DNA of 64,000 bases from an uncultured Gemmatimonadaceae bacterium. Lineage in GTDB: Bacteria; Gemmatimonadota; Gemmatimonadetes; Gemmatimonadales; Gemmatimonadaceae. A model generated the notes under the pieces. That model ran no database searches. It was given only the letters and a program-made list of their open reading frames with translations, and was not told the DNA's origin. Position 1 is the first letter of the stretch. Every line of letters starts with the position of its first letter. Position numbers and translations under genes: made by a program. The stretch spans positions 196,959-260,958 of the forward strand of contig CAWHHI010000017.1 of NCBI GenBank assembly GCA_963829055.1, read 5' to 3'. Below, one piece after another: positions 40,688 to 51,104 of this stretch.

Positions 40688-41098
40688 CTACCGAGGCGTG
40701 TTGCCGTCTGTAGCCGCGCGGTCGATCTGCGCGATCGATTCACGGAGCTTCGCCGCGATCGCGGAATTGCGCGTAGCCGTCCTCGAGTCGCCATGCATTT
40801 CGAGGTACTGCGCGAGCAGCGCCCGATGACGCCGCGAGATCGTGCCCGGCGATCGCACCAGCGCCTCGCCCTCCGAACGCGCGATGCCCAGCGACGCCGA
40901 GAGACTGCCGGCATCGAACCCGAGCGCGTGGATCGCCATCTGCACGAGGTCGTCGGCCGTCGCCGACGCCGGCGACGGAAACGTCGCCTCGATCGCCTCG
41001 AGCCCGCGAATCCGTTCCGCTTCCCGATGCTGCGCAGGCGAACGGTTCAGCCGAGACGAGGTGTCTGGCGCTTTTGGTCGGTCGTCGTAGCTACTCAT
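40688..41098 (-). CDS. Hypothetical protein, possibly HTH-like
   Basis: 136-aa ORF with GGGGA upstream of the ATG; LSASLGIARSE segment resembles an HTH. Confidence 0.5.
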   Translation of the reverse strand: MSSYDDRPKAPDTSSRLNRSPAQHREAERIRGLEAIEATFPSPASATADDLVQMAIHALGFDAGSLSASLGIARSEGEALVRSPGTISRRHRALLAQYLEMHGDSRTATRNSAIAAKLRESIAQIDRAATDGNTPR

Positions 41099-41316
41099 GC
41101 ATCCCCCAATCTGCCGCGCCTGCTGTTACCCATGCCCTAGTCGTAACTGCACAGCGTTCGCTTCGCCAGTCACGACGCGACTTCACGCATCACGACGCTG
41201 AAAGGTTGCCGTCTGCCAGACCACGCGGGTAGGGTTTCACGAGATTCGCGTGTTCCCTACGGACGGACCTCCTCCCCGGTGCGCAACCAGTCCGCGCAGC
41301 AGCACAGGGACGTATC

Positions 41317-41450
41317 ATGTTGCACCGTGTTTCCTTCAGTCCGCGCCCGACGACGACGGCGCGTTCCACCCTCGGTTCTGCTCTCGCTGTCGCATCCATA
41401 GCAGCGGCATGCTCCGACAGCACCGCGCCGGACGACTCCGACGTTGGAAT
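41317..41450 (+). pseudogene. Possible 5' remnant of a lipoprotein gene
   Basis: Signal peptide plus lipobox SIAAAC-SDSTAP, then the ORF runs antisense into the DUF2156 gene. Confidence 0.4.
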
Positions 41451-42527
41451 TCACCAATCGCGTCGGATCGGCGCCAGGACTCTGAGCAACTCCTTCGCCG
41501 CCGCGGACATCACCGCGCGCGTGACGAACCGTTCGGGGGAACCACCACTGAACGCGCCGGCGAGCGATCGGAGTAGCATCGGGGTGAACCGCCTCCCGGG
41601 CGCGATCGCGAAGATGGGCTCCCACGCCATCGGCTGCGCGCTGGCCTTGAATGCCTCCAAGCCGCGGAAATTGTAGAAGCGGCGACCGTGCGCCCGAATC
41701 CACGTCAGCACCAGGCGTAACCACACGGGCTGACCGTCGCCGACCGCTCCCGCGTGATCCGAGAGCGGCGACAGACCGAGCGTCGCGTATCGACAGCCGG
41801 CGGCGGCGAACGCGCGCATCGCCGCGTCGATGAGCAGGTGGGTTGTCCCGTTAGGCGCCGAGCGTACGCGAGGCCACTGCTCGACGAGCCAGCCGTTGCG
41901 TGCGGGAATCGCCGTCGCGACGAGAAACCCCACGACGTTCTCGCCGCGCTCGGCCACGAAGATCCGACGGTCCTGAAGCGTGTCGAACAGATCTGGCGTC
42001 ACGAGGAAATGCATCGGCGGCAAACCGCGCGTGTCGAGCCACTCGCGGAGCACCCCCCGCAATGCGCTCGAGTGGGCCGCCCGCTCGGCGGGCCACTCCT
42101 CGACACGCACGCCCTTGTTTCGCGCCCGGTTGAGCTGGGCCCGCAGCGACGCCTTCTCTCGAACGATCGTCGGCCAGGCGTTAGGCTCCCACGTCGGTTG
42201 CGCACCAATGCGCACCAGGGCGTGGTCGACGCGTGCCGCGTACACGCGTTCGAGTCGTTCTCCCGCGCCGAAGAACACCACCCGTTCGCCGTGTGCGTTC
42301 GCATCGGCTTCGAGCTCGACGGCGGCATCGAGCAGTCGGTCGGGAGGACGAAACCGGCGCGCCGGCGACGATCCGCACGTGTCCGAAGCGCGCATAGCCG
42401 GCGACTGCATCGCCGCTGCTCGAGAACCAGAGGCGCATACCCGGTTGAGGATCTGGTATGCGACCGCGTTCCAGCCATGGCGCATGACGAGATCCCGCGC
42501 GGCGAGCCATGCGGCATCCCTTGGCAT
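41451..42527 (-). CDS. Stand-alone MprF C-terminal-like domain protein (DUF2156), with compensating indels near 42440 and 42350
   Basis: LRAQLNRARNKG, APNGTT, ATLGLSPL, FYNFRGLEAFK...P.WEP; the segment LWF...VAGAPV lies in an alternative frame. Confidence 0.82.
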   Translation of the reverse strand: MPRDAAWLAARDLVMRHGWNAVAYQILNRVCASGSRAAAMQSPAMRASDTCGSSPARRFRPPDRLLDAAVELEADANAHGERVVFFGAGERLERVYAARVDHALVRIGAQPTWEPNAWPTIVREKASLRAQLNRARNKGVRVEEWPAERAAHSSALRGVLREWLDTRGLPPMHFLVTPDLFDTLQDRRIFVAERGENVVGFLVATAIPARNGWLVEQWPRVRSAPNGTTHLLIDAAMRAFAAAGCRYATLGLSPLSDHAGAVGDGQPVWLRLVLTWIRAHGRRFYNFRGLEAFKASAQPMAWEPIFAIAPGRRFTPMLLRSLAGAFSGGSPERFVTRAVMSAAAKELLRVLAPIRRDW

Positions 42528-42529
42528 CG

Positions 42530-43028
42530 TCAGCGGTAGCCGGCCGCCTGCAGCTCGAACAGCTCCGCGTATCGACCACGCTCGGCGAGCAGTTCCTCAT
42601 GGGTGCCCGCTGCTTCGACGGTGCCGTCGGCGAGGACGAGGATGCGGTCGGCCATGCGGACGCTCGAGAAGCGGTGTGAGATGAGAACGGCCGTCTTGCC
42701 CGCGCTCAGCTCCTTGAACCGCTGGAACACCTCGAACTCCGATCGCGCGTCGAGGCTGCCGTTCGGCTCGTCGAGGATGAGCACCTGCGTCGCGCGTGTA
42801 TGCCACACGATGCGCGCAACCTTCTGCCATTCGCCGCCCGACAGGTCGACGCCGGTCTTGAACCGCCGGGGCTCGCGATCATAGCCCCTAGACGAGCTTG
42901 AGGAATGGCGGCAGGTTGCGGAGCGCGCCGAACCGCTCACGGAGCGAACGCGCGCCTGGTGGGGGCGAGCCGCCTATGGACGGCGCTCCCGGCGTCGCAC
43001 GTCCGCCCATCGAGTATTGGCGAGGCAT
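42530..43028 (-). pseudogene. ABC transporter ATP-binding/permease gene with a large internal deletion
   Basis: N-terminal SLRERFGALRNLPPFLKLV* abuts C-terminal LSGGEWQK...LILDEP...ISHRFSSVRMAD; TM domain and Walker A are absent. Confidence 0.75.
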
Positions 43029-43210
43029 CGAATGACTTGCTGTGCTGCTGCTGGTGATCGATAGGCCCGCGGAGTGCCTCGAGCCGTGAGACTCCCAGTC
43101 AAGCAGCAATCGTGCGAGGTCAGGTGTGGCCCCGTAGAATTCCCCGCGGAACGGACCTCACAGCGGGACCTCGCCGCATCTCACGCTCAACGACCGTGGA
43201 GGTCGTCGAA

Positions 43211-44856
43211 ATGCGCAGCCGCACTGTCATCATCGCTGCCGGAACGCTCTCCTTGCTCGCGGCCGTCGCGCCTAACGCCAGAGGCCAGCGGCACGAAGAC
43301 CTCGTGAGCGCTGTTCACCGCCTGGCGCACGTTCCAGCAGCCGAAGCTCGTCGAACGGCGTGCCCGACTACTCGGCGCGCGCGATGGCGGCGCAGCATCG
43401 CGAGCTCGCCACGTACCAGCGGCGCCTCGCTGCGATCGATACGACCGGCTGGCCGACGCCCGCACAGGTCGACTACCACATCGTGCGCGCCGAGATGAAC
43501 GGGCTCGACTTCGATCATCGCGTGCTGCAGGCCGTGGGCGAACAACCCGGCGTTCTACGTCACCGTCTTCGCCGAGCAGAGCGATCAGCCGGCGCGCGAG
43601 GGTCCGCATGCGCGCGCGGCGCGGTCGAGCTGTGGAGCTACACGTTCCCGCTGTCGGCGAGCGACGCGGCGCGCGTGGATCGCCGGAGTCCGCACGATCC
43701 CCGCGCTCCTCGAGCAGGCGCGAGTCGAACCTCGACGGGCAACGGACGGACCTGTGGACGTTCGGCGCCGGCGAGCGTCCGCGATCAGAGCGCGACGCTC
43801 GCCGATCTCGAGACGAAGGTCGCGGAGCGCGCGCGCCCACGTTGCTCGCCGACGTGCGGCGCGCGAAGGCGGCCACCGACAGCTTCGTCGACGTGGCTCG
43901 CGGCGAAGATTCCGTCGAAGACCGGGCTCGTCGGGCATCGGCGTCGAGAACTACGACTGGTACCTGAAGAACGTCCAGCTCGTGCCGTACACGTGGCAGG
44001 ACGAGGTGCGACTGATGGAACGCGAGCTCGCGCGCGCGCGTGCATTCGCTCGCGCTCGAGGAGCAGCGCAATCGCGACGCTGCCGCCGCTGACGCCGGTT
44101 GCGAGCGCGGACGAACACACGCGGCGATTCTCCGCCGCGGTCACGAGTACATGGCGTTCCTGACGCGATCACGACATTCTCACGGTGAAGCCGTGGATGG
44201 ACCTGCGCTGCTGCGAACGCGTCGGCCGATTCTCGCCGGGCCGCGCGAGTTCTTCACGGAGGTCGACTACCGCGACCCCGAGGTGATGCGGACGCACGGC
44301 TATCACTGGTTCGACCTCGCGCGCATGACGAACGAGCCGCACGCGAGCCCGATCCGTCGCGGGCCGCTGCTCTACAACATCTTCAACACGCGCACGGAAG
44401 GACACGCGACCGGGTGGGAAGAGATGATGCTGCACGCCGGGATGTTCGACGCGCGTCCGCGAACGCGTGAGCTCATCTACATCCTGCTCGCGCAGCGCGC
44501 CGCGCGCGCGTTCGGCGACCTCCGGATGCACAGCAACGAGATGACGCTCGAGCAGGCGGCGACGTTCGCGTCCGCGAACACGCCGCGCGGCTGGCTCCGC
44601 CTCGATGCGGCAACTCGTTCGCGGCGAGCAGCATCTCTACCTGCAGCAGCCCGCCTACGGGACGAGCTACGTGATCGGCAAGATCGAAGTGGAGCGTCTC
44701 ATGAGCGACCGCGCCCATGCACAGGGCGACAAATTCTCGATGCGCGAGTTCATGGACGCGTTCGACGCGGTGGGTCTGATCCCGATGTCGCTCGTCCGGT
44801 GGGAGATCACGGGTCGGCCCGAGTCGCGTCGATCGACAACTTCAGGGCCTCGGTGA
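43211..44856 (+). pseudogene. DUF885-like secreted protein with many frameshifts
   Basis: Signal peptide; coherent segments in alternating frames (PDYS..AM, GIGVENYDWYLK, TEGHATGWEEM, QQPAYGTSYVIGK, FMDAF...GLIP). Confidence 0.7.
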
Positions 44857-45016
44857 GCTCCGCATCGCCGGAGATGATCGAGGCCCACGAGAGCTCGCGC
44901 CCCTTCCGCTTCCCCTTCTCGACGACGCGTACACCGTCGGGAGAGACGGTGACGGTGTAGAGCACGCCATCGTGCTCGAGCTCGCGCTTGATTGCCTTCT
45001 CCAGCTTGGTCGCCAT
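44807..45016 (-). CDS. Small conserved hypothetical protein
   Basis: MATKLEK.IKREL...YTVT.SPDG....KGKRKG..LSW..I.SG; protein-like composition. Confidence 0.7.
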   Translation of the reverse strand: MATKLEKAIKRELEHDGVLYTVTVSPDGVRVVEKGKRKGRELSWASIISGDAELTEALKLSIDATRADP

Positions 45017-45097
45017 GAGCGGGACGCGGCCTCGGGACTGGTGTGTGGTACGGCGACCGTTAGGCAGTCATGCGCCGGACTATCGTATGTTATCGCA

Positions 45098-45655
45098 TCA
45101 CACCGGCTGCGCCACCGCTGACGGATCGCCTACCCTCCGCCGTCGGCGACTGAGAACGCCCGCGGACACGAGCGCCACGGCGAGCCCCACCGGTAGCGGC
45201 TCCACCAGCGTCATCCCGGCGTTGATCACGGGATTCTGGTACATCTCCGCGAACTGCTTTCCCTCGGCCGCCTGTTTATCGAGCTCCGCCTGCGTCGCCC
45301 CCTTTGCGCGCGCCGCCGCGAGCTGGTGCTCCTGATACTTCGCGATGAAGTCCGAGCCGACGCCGAGTCCGAAGTACATCACCTCCCAGGTCGCCGTGTA
45401 ACACAGGCTCGACACGAGGGCGATCAGCGCACCCACGGTGAACGCGCGGCCGAACCGTACGGTCCCACCCGCAACGTTGTCGCGGTACGACCGAACCCCG
45501 AAGTAGACGAGCAGGAACGCCGCGACCATGGTCGCGTAGCCGACCACCAGCCCGCGATCGAAGCCGATCTGGTCGTGGAACGGAATCGTCAGCGCCATCA
45601 ACACCGACACCACGAGGCCTGACAACAGACCGAACGTGAGCACCGTCTTCTTCAT
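45098..45655 (-). CDS. DUF4199-like membrane protein
   Basis: MKKTVLTFGL.SG, GYATMV..F..VYFGVRSYR, FGRAF..G; GGGAGG RBS. Confidence 0.82.
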   Translation of the reverse strand: MKKTVLTFGLLSGLVVSVLMALTIPFHDQIGFDRGLVVGYATMVAAFLLVYFGVRSYRDNVAGGTVRFGRAFTVGALIALVSSLCYTATWEVMYFGLGVGSDFIAKYQEHQLAAARAKGATQAELDKQAAEGKQFAEMYQNPVINAGMTLVEPLPVGLAVALVSAGVLSRRRRRVGDPSAVAQPV

Positions 45656-45725
45656 ACGACTGCCCTCCCGGTTGGAATTGCGTTGCTGGTCGGGCGGCAT
45701 TCTATCGGTGCCCAGCCGCGTTTCC

Positions 45726-45780
45726 ATCACACGAACGGGTGATTCTCGAGAATTCTGGGAAAAATCACCCGTTCCGGTGA
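45726..45780. promoter_or_regulatory. Paired imperfect palindromic boxes (putative LuxR/NarL-type operator)
   Basis: atcacacgaacgggtgatt (45726-45744) and aatcacccgttccggtga (45763-45780) are near reverse complements. Confidence 0.55.
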
Positions 45781-45793
45781 GGTGATCCCAGGC

Positions 45794-46247
45794 TCATGGA
45801 AGGAGACCCGCCTCCTTCGCGATCTGAACCGCCTGCGTCCGGCGTCGTGCGTCCAGCTTGGAGAAGAGCCGGCTCGAATGCGTCTTCACCGTGTTCTCGC
45901 TCACGTTGAGCCGCTCGGCGATCTCGCGATTGCTGAGACCCGCCGCGATGAGCTGCAGGATTTCCAGTTCGCGTGGAGTGACGCCGAGGCGTTCGACGCT
46001 CGCGGCGTTGAGCACGAACGCCGTGGGCGGCGGAGCGGGAACAGACACCTCGCGGACGACGACACGCTCGGTCGGCCGCGTGAGTCTGATCCCGAGCCAG
46101 AATGCCGAGGGACGCGAAGAGCAGCGCGACGAGACCGCCGTAGATCTCCAGCGAGTGCTCGACGACCAGGAACCGGTACTGGACCAGCTGGAGCGCGGTA
46201 ATGACCGCGCCGCCGATCAGACCGTAGAGGAGGATGGTGCGTCGCAC
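45794..46247 (-). CDS. Membrane-anchored LuxR-type HTH regulator (frameshift near 46050-46110)
   Basis: Two N-terminal TMs; C-terminal TPRELEIL..IA.GLSNREIA..L.VSENTVKTH. Confidence 0.85.
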
Positions 46248-46254
46248 TGCGCGA

Positions 46255-46380
46255 TTACTTCGTCCAGATCACGAGCACGGCGCACGCGTTTTTCGTCCGG
46301 TTGTACTTCTGCGGCACCTCTGAGCCACCGGCGTACCATTCCATCGCGGCGATCTCGGAGGGCTGAATAGTACCGATCCA
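46255..46380 (-). pseudogene. 3' remnant of a TonB-plug-like protein gene
   Basis: PSEIAAMEWYAGGSEVP.KY.....CAVLVIWTK resembles the plug-like C-terminal motif IEVY.G...P....CG.IVIWT; no credible 5' part. Confidence 0.5.
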
Positions 46381-46498
46381 GGTTGTGGCGTGATTGCGTT
46401 CGCTCATTGCTCTCAGCAATGAAACGATAGGTGCGGTGACGAGCAACCCGCCCACCCGCGATCAATGTAGCGAGTGCTCATCCTCGAACCGCGGGCCC

Positions 46499-47131
46499 TC
46501 AGACGTAGCCGAGGATGTTGAGGATTGCTCGCTTCGGCGCAAGGGGAAACTCGGGATACCGGCTGACTTCGCATCGGGCGCACTGCTCGCCGACGTCCCG
46601 CGAATAGGTCGTGACAGCAAGACGCGCGGTCTCCACCGGTGGCACGTGGCGTCCGCAGACGTCCGCTAGCGTTCTGGCATCCGCATAGTGCTTCGGATCC
46701 GCCGGATTCGTTTCGGACGCTCTGGAGAGCGTCGCGAGCTTGTGGTCGAGAATGTCGTCCGGCCGCAGCAGAAGGAGAGAGACGCCTGCGACGTCGACAG
46801 CCGAGGCGCGCGGGCGTGCCTCCAGCGTATCAGGGAAAATATCCACACGCAGGCGTGTCACCGGGTCGACTAGCTGAACGAGGAATTTCGGGTAGCCAGG
46901 CTGCGGCAGATGGAAATGAGATACGAGGAAGTCGCTCGTCACAGACTGGCGCACCGCGTCCGGGTCGTCGGCGACGAAATCAATGTCCTCTGCCGACAAT
47001 CCACGAGTTGGATCGCCGCGAATGGCCGCGAGATGCAGCCCGATCGCGACTCCGCCGGTGACCGCGATCCTCGACGTCTGTACGTGGGGGGCCAGCCGGC
47101 GCAGGCAGTCTTCGAGAAGCGCTGGATTCAT
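46499..47131 (-). CDS. Putative Pol-beta superfamily nucleotidyltransferase-like protein (AbiEii-type motif)
   Basis: AVTGGVA...H...EDIDFV, VDIF, K...K...D; C-terminal CxxC. Confidence 0.6.
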   Translation of the reverse strand: MNPALLEDCLRRLAPHVQTSRIAVTGGVAIGLHLAAIRGDPTRGLSAEDIDFVADDPDAVRQSVTSDFLVSHFHLPQPGYPKFLVQLVDPVTRLRVDIFPDTLEARPRASAVDVAGVSLLLLRPDDILDHKLATLSRASETNPADPKHYADARTLADVCGRHVPPVETARLAVTTYSRDVGEQCARCEVSRYPEFPLAPKRAILNILGYV

Positions 47132-47245
47132 CGCCCACCCTGTCGGCAGCGAAACGGCCGGAGCGAGCGCCACTGCCACGTACGCTGGTCAGTGGCGCTC
47201 ACATCTCGAGGTCACGTCCTGGGCGAGAAAGGTGTGCGGTGAGGA

Positions 47246-47842
47246 CTACGCCTTGCGAACCGGGTAGCGCAGGTGAGTAACGCCGACGCCCGCGGTCACC
47301 GTCGGGTTGCCAAGGACGGCTGGCGTGCCGGCGAGGTGGTCGAAGAGTCGAACGCCGGAGCCAAGGAGAACGGCCGCGATGTCGACAGAGATTTCGTCGA
47401 GGAGGCCGGCATTCAGGAGTTGCTGGATGGTGTCGGCGCCGTGGACCGCAACCGACTTCCCGGCGGCGGCGGCTTTGGCTTGGTTCACGGCGCTTTCGAT
47501 ACCGTCGGTCACGAAGTGGACAGTCGAGTTGGGCCGCGGCCATCCGGCGGGGATGTGGTGGGTAAGTACGAACGCTGGTCCCCAAGCGTGATTTCCGCCC
47601 CAGCCATCGGCGACGTCGAAAGTGCGTCGACCGGTGAGCACGGCACCAAGTTCGGACCAGAGACCGCGAAGGTGCTCGGCGCTCGCCTCGGACACCTTGA
47701 ACGTCATGGGGTCCGACCCTCCGGTGTGGAATTCGACGTCCCCCGAGGTGGAGTACCAGTCGAATACTTCGGCGACGCCATCGTTGAGGTCGGCGACGTA
47801 GCCGTCGAGTGACATGGACATGAGTGCGACGACCTTCGACAT
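47246..47842 (-). CDS. Dihydrofolate reductase / RibD C-terminal family protein
   Basis: MSLDGYVA, GRRTF, HGADTIQQ, LLDEI, LLGSGVRLF, VTHLRY. Confidence 0.9.
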   Translation of the reverse strand: MSKVVALMSMSLDGYVADLNDGVAEVFDWYSTSGDVEFHTGGSDPMTFKVSEASAEHLRGLWSELGAVLTGRRTFDVADGWGGNHAWGPAFVLTHHIPAGWPRPNSTVHFVTDGIESAVNQAKAAAAGKSVAVHGADTIQQLLNAGLLDEISVDIAAVLLGSGVRLFDHLAGTPAVLGNPTVTAGVGVTHLRYPVRKA

Positions 47843-47850
47843 TGCGATGT

Positions 47851-47977
47851 TCCTAACGCTGAACGTTGAGCTACGGAGTGCCTACCGACGGGCGCACCAG
47901 GTCTCGAATGTGGTACGACGCTGTGCAGGCGCACAACCCGATGCCGGTCGCTCCGATAGCCGCAGCGCACGTTAGGC
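47851..47977 (-). mobile_element. attC-like recombination site
   Basis: Minus strand: GCCTAAC-gtg-cgctgCggctaTcggagcg ... cactccgtagctcaacg-ttcagc-GTTAGGA; 127 bp with unpaired bases; ATG of the DHFR-like gene 8 nt downstream. Confidence 0.65.
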
Positions 47978-47991
47978 GGCGGGTCGCACCC

Positions 47992-50675
47992 TCAGTCAGC
48001 CTGAAGCGCAGTCTTGGGATCGACCCCGGCCGCGCGCAGCGCCGGCACCCAGCTCGCCACGATCGCCACGCAGACGAGCACCGCGGTCACCGTGCCGAAC
48101 ACCACCACATCACGTGGGGACTGGTCGAACAGCAGCGGACCGATCCACTTCCCCGCCGCCAGCGCAACGCCACTTCCGATCGCGACGCCCGCCAATGCGA
48201 AGCGCACGCTCTCCATCACGACGAGTCGCACGACGCCGAACCGCTCGGCACCGAGTGCGAGGCGTACTCCCAACTCATGCTTTCGTTGCGTGACGTTGTA
48301 GGCGATCACGCTGTAGAGGCCCACCGCCGCGAGCACGAGCGCCAGCACACCGAAGGCCGTGAAGAGCGTTGCTCCAACGATCCAGGAACGCATCTTCGCA
48401 CCGACAATGTTCCCCATCGGGTCGACCGTCACGAACGCCGTTCCCGGCATCTCGCGCTGAAGCGCGCGACGAAGCGGTTCCTGGACTACACTCGGGTCGA
48501 CACGCGTGCGCACGAAGAGACCACCGTCCTGTGGTTTCCACTGCAGCGCCGGCAGGTAGTAGAAGAAGAGCTTCGACTCCGGCTCGATCGACTGGGAGCG
48601 AATGTCCTCGGCCACACCGACCACGTATCGGCATGGCGGCATGGAGTCGAGGCCGACTCTGACGCACCGACCGATCGGGTCCTGGCCAGGCCAGAGCACG
48701 TTCGCCATCGACTTGCCGACGACCATGACGAGACGCGTCCCTCCCCGGTCCGTGCTCTCGAAGCCCCGGCCTCGCAATATCCGGGTCCCCATCACGGCGA
48801 AGTACTCGGGCGACACCGAATTGAAGTCGAACTCGCCGAGCGATCTCACGGAGTCGATGCCCTCCACGCGCAACGGATAGGACGACATCCCGGCGAACGG
48901 GATCGACTCGCGAAGTGAGGCGTGCGACACGCCCGGGACACTTTTCGCTGTCCCGAGGAGACGGAGTCGAAGCGCGACCATTGCCGCGCTGTCGAGTCGC
49001 ACGTCGCGCAGCTCGAGCTCGACGACGAGCACCGAGTCCGCGTCGAATCCCAGCCGCACATTCTCGCACGTTCCGCAGGCTTTGCACGAACAGCCCTGCG
49101 CCAACGAGCAGGATCACGCTGAGCGCGCTCTGCAGAAGAAGCAGGGACGTGCGAAGGCCGGACCGTCCGTGAGTCCCCTCACGCGGGCCCGACTTGAGAT
49201 CGGTGACGAGGCTCGTGCGCGCGAGCTGTGCCATCGGCGCCATCCCCGTGACCAGCCCGACGCCTAACGCGACGAGGCCGGAGAACACGAGCGTACGCGC
49301 GTCGGTGATGATCGAGACCGGTTCCGTGCCGGGGAGAAACGTGGCGCTGAGCACTCGTCCACCCCAGACCGCGAGCGCCACACCGGCTGCGCCGCCCGCG
49401 AGCGCGAGGATCACTCCTTCGGTGAGCAGCTGGCCGAACAGGCGGCGTCGGCTCACACCGAGCGCGAGCCGAACCGCGATCTCTCGCCGGCGGCGAATCG
49501 CGCGCGCCAGCAGCAGGTTCGCGACGTTGGCCGCGGCGATCAGGAGAACGATGACGGTGACGCCAGCGAGCCACCTCGCGGGGCGCAACGCGCTCGACGG
49601 CTCGGGCCCTCGCTCCTCCAACACCGATGCCGCGACGGCGCGCGGACGAAGCTCATCCAACGGCGCGCCGCCCGGCCTTCCCTCGTACTGGGCCTGGTAG
49701 CTTCGCCGAAGCGCGTTCGTCAGATCGGCCGAGGCCTGCGCGATCGTCACGTTAGGCTTGCGGCGGACGATCGGGTCGATGCCGAACGAGTGGCCGTACG
49801 TCGTGGCCCAGTCCGGGGGACCCTCGCTGCGGCCGTACGTCGCCAGAGGCACGAACGCGACCGGCGGGCGATACGGCCACAGCCCGACGAACCCTTCGGG
49901 CGCCACGCCAATGATCGTGTACTCGACGGCATCGATGCGCAGCGTAGTCCCCAACACGTCACGACGCGCGCCGAACTGCGTCGTCCAGAGTGCGTGGCTC
50001 AGCACCGCGACCGGTGCCGGATCCGGCGGCGCGTCTTCGCTCGCCGTGAAGTACCGGCCGAGCACTGGTGGCGCATCGAAGAAGCCGAAGAACCCGGCGC
50101 TCACGATCGCCACCCTCTGGACGCGCGTCCCCTCTCCCACACCGATGGCGAGGCCCTTGAGGCTGACGCCTGCGAACTGCGAGAAGGCGGTGGAGTAACG
50201 GGCCATGTCCGCATAACGAGCGTACTGGCCGCCCGTTCCGCTCTCCTTTCCCTCGAGACGTCCGGTACATGTACACCTGGTGCACCGTCGACGCGTCGAC
50301 CATGAACGCCGGGGGTCGGAACAGCAGGCGATCGATCAGCGAGAACATCGCGGCGTTCGCCCCGATCCCGAGCGCGAGCGTCAGCGTGACGCCGATCGTG
50401 AACGTCGGGTTGCGGCGCAGGTCGCGGAGCGTATACGTCGCATCCTGCCAGAGCGCCTCCAGCGACGGCCGGAGCCAGACCGCTCGCGCTTCCTCGCGCA
50501 TTACCGTGTCATTGCCCATGGTGCGCCGTGCCTGGATCCGCGCGGCGGCCGGCGACATGCCACGCCTCACGAGATCCTGTTCCACCATCTCACGGTGAAA
50601 CTCGACTTCGTTCACCAGATCGGCGTGGTGCGACGACAGTCGCAGCCAGTACGCGAGGCGGCGTAGGATGCGCAT
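47992..50675 (-). CDS. ADOP-type duplicated ABC permease, frameshifts near 50240 and 49060
   Basis: [59 protein letters not shown]. Confidence 0.88.
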
Positions 50676-50688
50676 GGTGGTCGTGCCC

Positions 50689-51024
50689 TCAGGCAAGCTC
50701 CAGGACGAGTCGAATCGCGCCGACGATGCGCTCGAACTCGCGTTCTTCCGCGGCGAGCTGCTTTCGGCCCGCGGGCGTCAACGTGTAATACCGCGCGCGG
50801 CGATTGTTGTCCGACACACCCCACTCGGGCTTGACGTAGCCATTGAGCGTTAGGCGCTGCAGCGCGGGATACAGCGAGCTCTCGCCGACCTGAAAGACGT
50901 CGCGGGAGAGCTCCTTCACTCGCTGCGCGATGCCGTAGCCGTGGTTCGAGCCGCGAACGAGCGTGCGCAGGATGAGCAGATCGAGCGTGCCGGGGAGCAG
51001 CTCGGCGGGTCGCACAGATGGCAC
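50689..51024 (-). CDS. PadR-family regulator (ADOP-associated type)
   Basis: [47 protein letters not shown]. Confidence 0.92.
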   Translation of the reverse strand: MPSVRPAELLPGTLDLLILRTLVRGSNHGYGIAQRVKELSRDVFQVGESSLYPALQRLTLNGYVKPEWGVSDNNRRARYYTLTPAGRKQLAAEEREFERIVGAIRLVLELA

Positions 51025-51030
51025 GGGCGT

Positions 51031-51104
51031 GCTTCCGTCGATAGACGATGGGAAGCTCTGCCCGCGCGCCCGTCTTGTCAAGCCCCGTCGATAGCCGATG
51101 GGAG
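51031..51104 (-). promoter_or_regulatory. padR promoter with two operator-like repeats flanking TTGACA
   Basis: ccgtcgatagacgatggga and ccgtcgatagccgatggga on either side of minus-strand TTGACA (51076-51081). Confidence 0.7.

Noticed and set aside
47246..47842. Trimethoprim-resistance dfr cassette
   Set aside because: The sequence fits the broader RibD C-terminal/DHFR-like family and lacks the N-terminal IG...PW motif of classical DHFR.
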